This document shows positions 48,155 through 57,916 of a stretch of 64,000 nt of DNA, piece by piece. This DNA is from Candidatus Latescibacterota bacterium (GTDB lineage Bacteria > Latescibacterota > UBA2968 > UBA8231): positions 4,256,001 through 4,320,000 of the forward strand of contig CBDCDC010000002.1 in the NCBI GenBank assembly GCA_965215195.1, read 5' to 3'. The stretch's first letter is position 1. Each line of letters begins with the position of its first letter. A program made the position numbers and the translations under genes. Below the pieces are notes generated by a model. It saw nothing but the letters and a program-made list of their open reading frames with translations. It had not been told where the DNA came from and did no database searches.

Positions 48155-49354
48155 ATGAATATATACGACGAACTAGGCGTTGATCCCATTGTCAACGCCG
48201 TGGGACCGGCGACGCGGTTGAGCGGGTCAATTATGCATCCGGACGTGGCCGAGGCCATGCGGCAGGCTTCGGAGTGCTGCGTGGATATAGCGCAGATGCA
48301 GGCGCGAGCCGGAGAAGTGATCGCCGAGATCACCGGCGCGGAGGCCGGGTACGTGACCAGTGGGGCGGCGGCGGGCTTGTTGCTGGGGACGGCCGCTTGT
48401 GTGACCGGCTTGGACCCGGGGAAGATGAACCGCTTGCCGGATACGTCCGGGATGAAGAACGAAGTGATCATGGCGCGCAGCCACCGGAACTTCTACGACC
48501 ACGCGGTGCGCTCGGTGGGGATTGAGCTGGTGGAGGTGGGGATCGCCGATCGCTTTTCCGGGGCGGGTGTGCGCGATGCCGAAGGATGGGAGATTGAGGC
48601 GGCGATTAGCGAGCGGACGGCCGCGATAGTGTACGTGGCGTACGCGCATACCCAGCCATCGCTGGAGGGGGTGGTGGCCGCCGCGCGCAAGGGCGGTGTG
48701 CCGGTGATCGTGGATGCGGCCGGGCAGTTGCCGCCGGCGAGCAACTTGCAGCGCTTCATTGCGGCCGGGGCCGATCTGGTCGCCTTTAGCGGCGGCAAGG
48801 CCATAGGCGGGCCGCAGGCTTCGGGAATTTTGTGCGGCCGGCGGGATTTGATCGCCGCGGCCGCCCTGCAACACCAGGACCTCGACGTGATGCCCGAGCT
48901 GTGGGATCCGCCGGCGAGTTTGATCGACAAGTCCCAGCTACCCGGTGCCCCACAGCATGGCATTGGGCGGCCCTGCAAGGTCGGCAAGGAGGAGATCGCG
49001 GGGTTGGTGAAGGCGCTGCGTCTTTTTGTGGCCGAGGACCCGGCCGCGCGGCGGCGGCACTGGTCTGCGCTGATGGAGGAACTAGTCGCCGCGTGTGGCG
49101 TGCTGCGACACGCCGAGATTGCGGTGGTAGCCGACCGCAAGCGCACCGAGATTCCGACCGCGCGGCTGGTGCTCGACGAGGAAGCTGCGGGCACGACGGC
49201 GCTGGAACTGGTCAAGGCGCTACAGGAAGGCCGACCGCCGATTGCCGCCAACCCCACAGAAGTCCACGAGGGTGTGGTGATTTTTGGGCCGATGTGTCTC
49301 AAGGAGGGCGAGCCTGAACAGATCGGCCGACGGCTCAGGGAATTGCTCGGCTAA
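48155..49354 (+). CDS. SelA-like PLP-dependent enzyme (DgaE-like family)
   Basis: IYDELGV.PIVNAVG..T.LSGS, TSGAAAGL, IVDAAG, FSGGKAIGGPQASG, GIGRPCKVGKEE. Confidence 0.82.
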   Translation: MNIYDELGVDPIVNAVGPATRLSGSIMHPDVAEAMRQASECCVDIAQMQARAGEVIAEITGAEAGYVTSGAAAGLLLGTAACVTGLDPGKMNRLPDTSGMKNEVIMARSHRNFYDHAVRSVGIELVEVGIADRFSGAGVRDAEGWEIEAAISERTAAIVYVAYAHTQPSLEGVVAAARKGGVPVIVDAAGQLPPASNLQRFIAAGADLVAFSGGKAIGGPQASGILCGRRDLIAAAALQHQDLDVMPELWDPPASLIDKSQLPGAPQHGIGRPCKVGKEEIAGLVKALRLFVAEDPAARRRHWSALMEELVAACGVLRHAEIAVVADRKRTEIPTARLVLDEEAAGTTALELVKALQEGRPPIAANPTEVHEGVVIFGPMCLKEGEPEQIGRRLRELLG

Positions 49355-49386
49355 AACTGCGCTCCGAGCGCGAGCTAAAAGGCCAA

Positions 49387-49418
49387 AAGCCCCGCCGGGT
49401 ATAGTCTCGGCGGGGCTT
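49387..49418. terminator. Stem-loop, copy 1 (aagccccgccg...cggcggggctt)
   Basis: 11-bp perfect stem just after the SelA-like stop; related to 49749-49790. Confidence 0.6.
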
Positions 49419-49631
49419 GCTGAGTTAAAAGCAATCTTAAAGGATGATATTGCGCGGGTTGAGAGCGATCTTAAAGCCGATATTGCGCGGGTTGAGAGCA
49501 GTTTTAAGGACGACATTGCGCGCGTACAAGCCGATATTGCCGAACTCAAGGGTAGCGTCAAAATTTTGCTTGTAGTGATGACTTCCGGTTTAGCTCTGCT
49601 CAATATCGTTTTGCGATTCTGGCCTTCGTAA
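49416..49631 (+). pseudogene. 5'-truncated copy of the coiled-coil/TM gene at 51876-52139
   Basis: Near-identical to 51957-52139, with one extra 33-nt (11-aa) repeat and no start codon. Confidence 0.85.
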
Positions 49632-49748
49632 GCGGCGCTGCCGCCTTATTCATAGACTAGCTCCATCACGTAACTCTTACTATGGCCTTTGGATGATTCT
49701 AAACCTGCGCCCGGAAAGGCCGGCCGCCGATTGCCGCCAACCAAAAGA

Positions 49749-49790
49749 CAACAAGCCCCGCCGAGACCATTTGCTCGGCGGGGCTTGTTG
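49749..49790. terminator. Stem-loop, copy 2 (probable terminator)
   Basis: 17-bp perfect stem caacaagccccgccgag / ctcggcggggcttgttg. Confidence 0.65.
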
Positions 49791-49901
49791 GTGAAGAGGC
49801 CGGACGCGGATTTTCCTCGGCTCAGCGTCAGGGCCGAGGGATAGGCGCGAAATGTTGCGAGCGACTTATCCGGCTGTTAGCTTCCAATCTGCGCTGCCGC
49901 C

Positions 49902-51713
49902 TTACTGACAGCTTCCCAGAAGGTCCATTACGTAAATGTCAAGATTGTCGTCATTGCCGTCGCGCCGAGACAAAAAGGCTATTTTTCGTCCGTCGGGCGA
50001 CCAAGCGGGAGAATGGTCGTAATCGCTGTTGTTGGTCAGCCGGCGCTGATTAGATCCATCCGCGTCCATTACGTAAATGTACCTATCGTCCGAATCGTCG
50101 CTGTCGCGATTAGACACAAAGGCGATCTGTGTTCCATCGGGCGACCAAGCGGGAAAACCCTCGTAATTCCAAGTGTAGGCCAGCCAGCGCTGGTTAGATC
50201 CGTCCGCGTCCATCACGTAAATGTCCGAATCGCCGTCGCGATTAGACTGAAAGGCGATCTGTGTTCCGTCGGGCGACCAAGTGGGCTGCCCGTCGTATCC
50301 ATCGTTGTTGGTCAGCCGGCGCAGGTATTCGTCTTCGCCATCCGCATCCATTACGTAAATGTCCCAATCGCCGCTGCGATTAGACACAAAGGCGATCTGT
50401 GTTCCGTCGGGCGACCAAGTGGGCTGCCCGTCGTATCCATCGTCGTTGGTTAGCCGGTGGAAAATATCCTCCTCTATATCCAGCAAAAGAATGTCCCGAT
50501 TGCCGTCGTGCTCAGAGTCGAAAGCGATATACCGTCTGTTGGGTGACCAAACGGGATTTGCTTGGTCGGCACTGCCGTGGATCGACCGGGACACGGAAGA
50601 TCTATCCGCTGCCGCCACATAATAAATATCCCGATTGCCGTCAATCTCAGAGCTGAAATAGATATACTGTCCGTTGGGGGACCAAACGTTTGTGCCGAGT
50701 CCAACTTCAATATCGTTGGTCAGCCGGCGTATCGGCCCAGCCACCCAGTTCACTCTCGTTGCCGCTTGCCCGATCCCCGCCGACAGGGACGCATCCGACG
50801 GATTCGTGACATACGTCATAATCGCCAATAAGTCGTCCAAGTTGACCGTCCCATCGTCGGTGACGTCGCCCAAGCCCATATTGCCGTTATTCGGAGCCGT
50901 AATAGACGGATCGATGTTGAATACCACCACCAGTAGCGCGTCGGCCAAGTCAACCTGCCCGTCGTTGTTCACATCACCCAACATACCGCAGGTCAACGCC
51001 TTGCCCCGCGGCAGTTCCTCCACCGATTCAACCACGAACTCCACCGGAGCCATCCCCGCCCGGACGCCAAAGGCCGCATCCACATAGGGCACCACGCCCG
51101 CGCCCGAAACGACGATACCATAGGTCCGCTCCGCCGGTTCAGAGGTCGCACCGACCGCCGGTTCGAGCGCCTCGCTGACCGATACCGGACGCTGCCCGGC
51201 CTGCCCGTCAATGAGCACCATCCGCCGCGTCAACTCCACCCCGTCGCCGAGCAGCCGGTAGATATACACCCCGGCCGCCACGGCCTGCCCGGCCGCATTC
51301 GTCGCGTCCCACAGCGCCGTGTGAAACCCGGCTGGTCGCTCCTCATCCACCAGCGTCGCAAGGTGCTGTCCCAACACGTTGAATACTTCCAGCCGCACGT
51401 GCGCGGCCGTGGGGAGCTGATACGGAATAATCGTCGAAGGGTTGAACGGATTGGGATAGTTCTGCCCCAGCGCAAACCCCTGCGGCCGTGCAGGGCGACC
51501 CAACGACGCCAGCGGCAGCGCGAAATAGCCGTCCGCGTCGGTCGTCGCCCGCGCCACCAAGCGCAAATCAGCCAAGTCGAATACCATCACTTGCGCTGCC
51601 GCCGCTGCTTCACCGGAAGAAAGGCGCACACGCCCCTCTACCAGCGGCTCGGCCACCAGATGGGCCGCCAACACCAGTCCGACGAACGCGACGATGAATG
51701 TTTTTTGCATCAT
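49902..51713 (-). CDS. Secreted multidomain protein: FlgD/T9SS-CTD-like domain, dockerin, TolB-like PD40 beta-propeller
   Basis: Signal peptide; ALGQNYPNPFNPSTIIPY...WDATNAAG..VAAGVY; dockerin GDVNNDGQVDLADAL...GDVTDDGTVNLDDL; repeated PTWSPDGTQIAF.SNR.G..DIYVMDADG. Confidence 0.85.
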   Translation of the reverse strand: MMQKTFIVAFVGLVLAAHLVAEPLVEGRVRLSSGEAAAAAQVMVFDLADLRLVARATTDADGYFALPLASLGRPARPQGFALGQNYPNPFNPSTIIPYQLPTAAHVRLEVFNVLGQHLATLVDEERPAGFHTALWDATNAAGQAVAAGVYIYRLLGDGVELTRRMVLIDGQAGQRPVSVSEALEPAVGATSEPAERTYGIVVSGAGVVPYVDAAFGVRAGMAPVEFVVESVEELPRGKALTCGMLGDVNNDGQVDLADALLVVVFNIDPSITAPNNGNMGLGDVTDDGTVNLDDLLAIMTYVTNPSDASLSAGIGQAATRVNWVAGPIRRLTNDIEVGLGTNVWSPNGQYIYFSSEIDGNRDIYYVAAADRSSVSRSIHGSADQANPVWSPNRRYIAFDSEHDGNRDILLLDIEEDIFHRLTNDDGYDGQPTWSPDGTQIAFVSNRSGDWDIYVMDADGEDEYLRRLTNNDGYDGQPTWSPDGTQIAFQSNRDGDSDIYVMDADGSNQRWLAYTWNYEGFPAWSPDGTQIAFVSNRDSDDSDDRYIYVMDADGSNQRRLTNNSDYDHSPAWSPDGRKIAFLSRRDGNDDNLDIYVMDLLGSCQ

Positions 51714-51875
51714 TAAGACTCCTTGAGATGTAGGGAAAAATTGAACCGTTGACCCCGTTACATTAAGGCGATTTTAGACAGCAAGCAAAAAGTAGATTTT
51801 TCATTGACGCCGCTCTATCTCGTCCTATATGTTCACAGTACACCCCCAAACCCCAACGAAAGGAGCGCAACGACG

Positions 51876-52139
51876 ATGGCGACTATACCTCCAACTATTG
51901 AGGAGCGGTTAGCACGGCTCGAAGGCGTGTACGATCATCTCGCTTCCAAAGGAGACCTTGCTGAGTTAAAAGCAATCTTAAAGGATGACATTGCGCGGGT
52001 TGAAAGCTATCTCAAAGCCGATATTGCGCGCGTACAGGCCGATATTGCCGAACTCAAGGGTAGCGTCAAAATTCTGCTGGTAGCGATGACTTCTGGTTTA
52101 GCTCTGCTCAATATCGTTTTGCGATTCTGGCCTTCGTAA
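51876..52139 (+). CDS. Small coiled-coil protein with C-terminal TM helix (DUF1640-like)
   Basis: RBS aaggag; HLASKGDL, 11-residue repeats (LKDDIARVESY/LKADIARVQAD), hydrophobic C-terminus. Confidence 0.7.
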   Translation: MATIPPTIEERLARLEGVYDHLASKGDLAELKAILKDDIARVESYLKADIARVQADIAELKGSVKILLVAMTSGLALLNIVLRFWPS

Positions 52140-52369
52140 GCCATGCCTAAACTGAAAGGGCAATTCCACTACGCGGCGGTCTCCCCGACAAAACGCTACT
52201 CCGACGACAGCTAAATCCGCACTGCCGCCTCATTCATTAAAAGACTCGCTCCAAATTCACAAGGTGATCCGCAGGTGGACGCAGATAGACGCAGGATAGG
52301 ATGCATAAGACGATCCACCGCTCGAATCGTTCAAATCATTCTGGATTGCTATAGTGTCTTTGGATGATT

Positions 52370-53340
52370 CTAAAACTGCGCCCCCCAATAGGCCGCACCG
52401 AGCAGCGCGGTCTTGTCGTTGAGCACGACGTGGACGGGCATGGCCGCGAGGGGTGCGCCCATGCGGCCCTTGTCCATAAAGCCCTCCATAAAGCGGCCGT
52501 CGCGCAGCTTGGCGAGGACCTTGGGCGCGATGCCGCCGCCGACGAAAACCCCCCCCGAAGACATTAGCTTGAGCGCCAAGTTCCCGGCTTCGCGGCCGTA
52601 GAGGAGCGCAAAGAGGTCGAGGGCCGCTACGGCCAGCGCAGAGTGGCCTTCGAGGCCGGTGCGAGCAATGGCGTCGGCGCGGTCGGGCTGTGTGGCCTCT
52701 GGAGCCAAAGAGGCATCGGCGCGGTCGGGATGCCGTGCGCAGAGAAAGTCGTAGATCGCGGCCAAGCCCTGGCCCGAGACGACCCGTTCCCAGCTAACGT
52801 GGCCGTAGCGCTTGTTGAGAAAACGCCAAAGTTCGATTTCGAGCGACGAACTTGGCCCGAAGGTCGCGTGGCCTCCCTCAGAGGCGATTGCTGCGTAGCG
52901 GCCCTCGGCCCAGCACAAGCCCCCCTCGCCCAACCCGGTGCCAGCGGCAATGACGGCGATGTTGCCCTTGGGGTCGCGTGGCCCTTGGTTGAGCGGACAC
53001 AGGTCGTCCGGCTCCAACGCCAAGGTGCCGTAGGAAGTCGCTTGCAGGTCGTTGAGTAGGTGAACTTCGCTGCCGTTGAGCACCGCGGAAATTTCGCTGG
53101 GGTCGATGAGATAGGGCAGATTGACGGCGCGGACGGGAAGCTGATGGACCGGGCCAGGTACGCCTAAGACCGTGCGGCTGGGGTCGATCTGCGCCTCGTC
53201 GGCGAAGGCCTTGAGCAGCGCACCAGCGCTAGGGTAGGACGCAGTTTGGTAGCGCCGCTCGACGAAGGGGTCAAAGCCTTGGGCGGCTGGGTCGAAAGCG
53301 GCGAGGTACGTTTTGGTGCCGCCGACATCACCGGCGATGA

Positions 53341-53344
<4 letters not shown>
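52370..53344 (-). CDS. glk: Glucokinase
   Basis: IAGDVGGTKT, GVPGPV, LLNDLQA, AAGTGLGE, SEGGH, ERVVSG, GGGIAPK; GTG start overlaps the zwf stop. Confidence 0.92.
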
Positions 53345-54825
<1,481 letters not shown>

Positions 54826-55168
54826 AGTGTGTGATCTTAAGTACACGACCTAAGGTTTCCGCCGGGTGCGCGGGCAGCCTGCCCGCCGACAGAGGTTCTT
54901 GTTTATCATTTTTATCAATTTTTATGACTATATAATTGATAACGCATTCGCATTCAAGGGCGTCTTACCATCGAGCACGAACGGACCCACAGGAGGGTGT
55001 ACTTAGGTATAGATAATAAAAAAGGCCACAGCGCACGCCATGGCCTCCCACACCGCCTCGTGTGAGTTTTGCAAATATACAAGAGCGGGCGCATATCAAC
55101 AAGTTGAGGCGTTGTGTGCGGCCGCCCTGCTGTTGATATTAGCGCGGCCAACTTTGATGCGAGGAAAT

Positions 55169-56116
55169 ATGGGTCGGTATTTGGTCACAGGTGGGGCCGG
55201 GTTTATTGGTTCCCACCTATGTCAGCGCCTGTGTGCAGAAGGGCACGTAGTGCGGGTCCTAGACGACTTGAGCACCGGGCGGCGCGAAAACTTGGCCGCG
55301 CTCCTAGGCGAGATAGAGTTCGTGGAGGGCGATATCCGCGACGCGGCCTTGCTCGCCGAGGTAGTGCAGCAGGTTGATTGCGTCCTGCACCACGCAGCCT
55401 GGGTGTCGGTGCCAGCTTCGGTCGAGCAGCCCCTCGTCGAGCAGGAAGTCAACGCCGTGGGAACACTGCGGCTTTTGCACGCGGCGCGGCAGGCCGGGGT
55501 GCGCCGCGTGGTTTTTGCCAGTTCGGCCGCGGTGTATGGCAACAACCCGCAAATGCCCAAGCGCGAGGACATGCCGCTCGAACCCGAGTCGCCCTACGCC
55601 GTTTCCAAGGCCATGGGCGAGCACTACGCCCGAGTGTACAGCCGGCTCTACGGTTTGGAGGTGGTTGGCCTGCGCTACTTCAATGTCTTTGGTCCGCGGC
55701 AAGTGCCGTCTTCTCCGTACTCGGGCGTCATCTCGATTTTTGTCGCGCGGATGCGGGCGGGCAAGTCACCGACCGTTTGCGGCGACGGCCACCAGTCGCG
55801 CGATTTTGTCTATGTCGGCGATGTGGTAGAGGCCAATATGAGGGCCAGTACTACTCCGGGAGTTGCCGGGCGGATATACAATATCGGCTGCGGCCGCAGC
55901 GCGTCGCTGCTGGAATTGATCGCCGCGCTCAACCAGATTTTGGGGACCGAGTTGGCCCCGGTATTCGCCCCGCCTCGGGCTGGCGACATCCGCTTCTCAT
56001 CAGCCGACATATCGCGCGCCCGGGCCGAGTTGGGCTACGAGCCGAGGGTCGGGTTTGCCGAGGGGTTGGAGCGGACGATAGCGGCGTGGGAAGACGCCCG
56101 CGCCGCGAAGCAATAA
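55169..56116 (+). CDS. NAD-dependent epimerase/dehydratase (UDP-glucose/GlcNAc 4-epimerase-like)
   Basis: VTGGAGFIGSH, ASSAAVYG, SPYAVSK, RYFNVFGPRQ, SRDFVYV. Confidence 0.9.
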   Translation: MGRYLVTGGAGFIGSHLCQRLCAEGHVVRVLDDLSTGRRENLAALLGEIEFVEGDIRDAALLAEVVQQVDCVLHHAAWVSVPASVEQPLVEQEVNAVGTLRLLHAARQAGVRRVVFASSAAVYGNNPQMPKREDMPLEPESPYAVSKAMGEHYARVYSRLYGLEVVGLRYFNVFGPRQVPSSPYSGVISIFVARMRAGKSPTVCGDGHQSRDFVYVGDVVEANMRASTTPGVAGRIYNIGCGRSASLLELIAALNQILGTELAPVFAPPRAGDIRFSSADISRARAELGYEPRVGFAEGLERTIAAWEDARAAKQ

Positions 56117-56131
56117 AAAGTACCGCTTATT

Positions 56132-57307
56132 GTGGCAACCATAGTCGATGGCAAAAAGCGCATCCCCTTTATGCGCGGGATGCTGGTACACTACCTAATT
56201 GAGCGCGGCTTCGGCTACGAAGACGCCCGCGCCGTGGCCAATGAGGTGCGTGCGTCTTTGGGCAAAGTGGAGCTCGTGCGCAAAAAGGACATGGTGCAGC
56301 TCGTAAACAGGGCCATTCGCAAGGGGTTCGGCAAATACGAGGCCGGCGACCTCATTTTCTGGGAACGCCAGCCCACCACCATCATCGTCGAGCGCAAAAG
56401 CGGGTCGCGGCCTTTCTCCAAGGAGTTGCTGTCGGATTCCATTCAGGCGTCCGGGCTGCCGCCAGACCAAAGCTACGAGATTGCGCGGGCGATTGAAGCT
56501 CGCTTGATAGACCAGCGCCGCCAGCACATCGCGCACTGGGAACTGGAGGAGCTGGCGGCCGAGCTGATCGAAAAGTCCTTTGACAAGTCCTTTGCCGAGC
56601 GCTACTGCCTGTGGCGAGCTTGGGGCGATGTAGATAAACCCCTGATCATCCTCATCGGCGGTGCCAGCGGAGTTGGCAAGACCACGTTGGCGATTGCGCT
56701 GGCCAATTTGCTCGATATTCCTCGGGTGGTAGCTACTGACGATTTGCGCCAAGTCATGCGCCTGACGCTTGCACAGGAGCTGATGCCGGCCCTGCACGCC
56801 TCCTCGTACACTGCCTATAAGGTCGTTCCTGCGACCGGGCACCTCGACGCGGTCGTCGCCGGGTTTCGCGAGCAGGCACGCAGCGTCTGCGTTGGGGTCA
56901 AGGCCATCATCAGCCGCTGCATCGAGGAAAACACCAGCGTCATCATCGACGGCGTGCATCTAATCAGCGACATGCTGGACTTAGAGGGATATGCTGGCGA
57001 TGCCTTTATTACGCCGGTCTGTCTGGAGCTTCCTGGCCGCGATGCCTTTGAGAATCGCTTTGCCCAGCGCGCCAGCGAGGCTCCGTCGCGCTCGGCCCAT
57101 CGCTATATGGAGCACTTGGAGGACATTCTCAAAATTCAGAACTATCTCATCGAAACGAGTGCGGCCCACGGCATTCCGGTGATTACCACAACCTCGGTTG
57201 AGAGCCTGACGAGCGAGGTCTCCATGGTGGTCAGTGAGCAGCTACAAGAGCAGGAGGAAATCCGCAAGGCCCTGAGTGCCTTCCGCAAAAAGCGCGCGGC
57301 CAACTGA
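56132..57307 (+). CDS. 2-phosphoglycerate-kinase-like protein with two ATP-cone-like domains
   Basis: PFMRGML and PFSKELL cone starts; IILIGGASGVGKTT, TDDLRQVMR, LHASSY, IIDGVH, ILKIQNYL. Confidence 0.75.
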   Translation: MATIVDGKKRIPFMRGMLVHYLIERGFGYEDARAVANEVRASLGKVELVRKKDMVQLVNRAIRKGFGKYEAGDLIFWERQPTTIIVERKSGSRPFSKELLSDSIQASGLPPDQSYEIARAIEARLIDQRRQHIAHWELEELAAELIEKSFDKSFAERYCLWRAWGDVDKPLIILIGGASGVGKTTLAIALANLLDIPRVVATDDLRQVMRLTLAQELMPALHASSYTAYKVVPATGHLDAVVAGFREQARSVCVGVKAIISRCIEENTSVIIDGVHLISDMLDLEGYAGDAFITPVCLELPGRDAFENRFAQRASEAPSRSAHRYMEHLEDILKIQNYLIETSAAHGIPVITTTSVESLTSEVSMVVSEQLQEQEEIRKALSAFRKKRAAN

Positions 57308-57410
57308 CGGGGCGCATCGCTTGTTGATTCGCCCGACGCTGGATTGTATTGTATATTGCAAAAATCGCGGCTAAGGGGCCGTGAAAACGCGCAACCAAGT
57401 TGGGATATAA

Positions 57411-57851
57411 ATGCTGGGCAACAAAAAAAACAGAAGTGCTTCCACGTCTAGCAGCGGCCAGGCACTCAATACGATTATCGGCCGCGGTAGCTGCTTTGAA
57501 GGCAAGCTGACGGTCGATAACAGCGTCAGAATAGACGGCGTATTCAAGGGCGAACTGGCCTGCACTGGGGAGCTGACGATCAGCCAGTCGGGCGAGGCCG
57601 AGGCCGATTTGCAGTGCAAAGACGCGTACATCGACGGCGTCGTGAGTGGCACTGTGCGCGCCGATAAGGTGCGGTTGGATACGCAGTCGCGCTTTACCGG
57701 CGAAGTGTACACCGACTCGTTCACGGTCTCCGAGGGCGCGATCTTCCACGGCTCTTGTTCGATGGAAAACCACGAGAAAAAGAGCGAGTCGCCCCCAAGC
57801 GGCGAAGAGGCAAAGCCCCCCTCGCCCAAACCCCAAGCCAAAAAGCAATAG
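57411..57851 (+). CDS. Bactofilin (polymer-forming cytoskeletal protein)
   Basis: TIIGRGSCFEGKL....VRIDG.FKGEL....LTISQSG...IDGVVSG..VSEGAIFHG. Confidence 0.9.
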   Translation: MLGNKKNRSASTSSSGQALNTIIGRGSCFEGKLTVDNSVRIDGVFKGELACTGELTISQSGEAEADLQCKDAYIDGVVSGTVRADKVRLDTQSRFTGEVYTDSFTVSEGAIFHGSCSMENHEKKSESPPSGEEAKPPSPKPQAKKQ

Positions 57852-57916
57852 CGCTTTCCCATCTCGTTTTGCGCGAAAAATCCATCTGCCCCGCGGATGG
57901 ATTTTTCTTATTGCCG

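Noticed and set aside
48155-49354. Selenocysteine synthase (selA) call
   Set aside because: It is shorter than true SelA, fits the SelA-like/DgaE family, and no selB, selC or selD is nearby.
49284-49631. 115-aa ORF as an intact gene
   Set aside because: Its N-terminus is read out of frame from the SelA-like gene and through a hairpin; only the 3' part is homologous to 51876-52139.
49925-50730. Regularly spaced DNA repeats resembling a CRISPR array
   Set aside because: They are in-frame PD40/TolB propeller repeats inside a CDS (period about 130-140 nt), with no unique spacers and no cas genes.
54934-54955. Fur-box-like sequence tgataacgcattcgcatt
   Set aside because: The spacing is one base off consensus and the flanking genes are not iron-related; it may simply be AT-rich promoter DNA.
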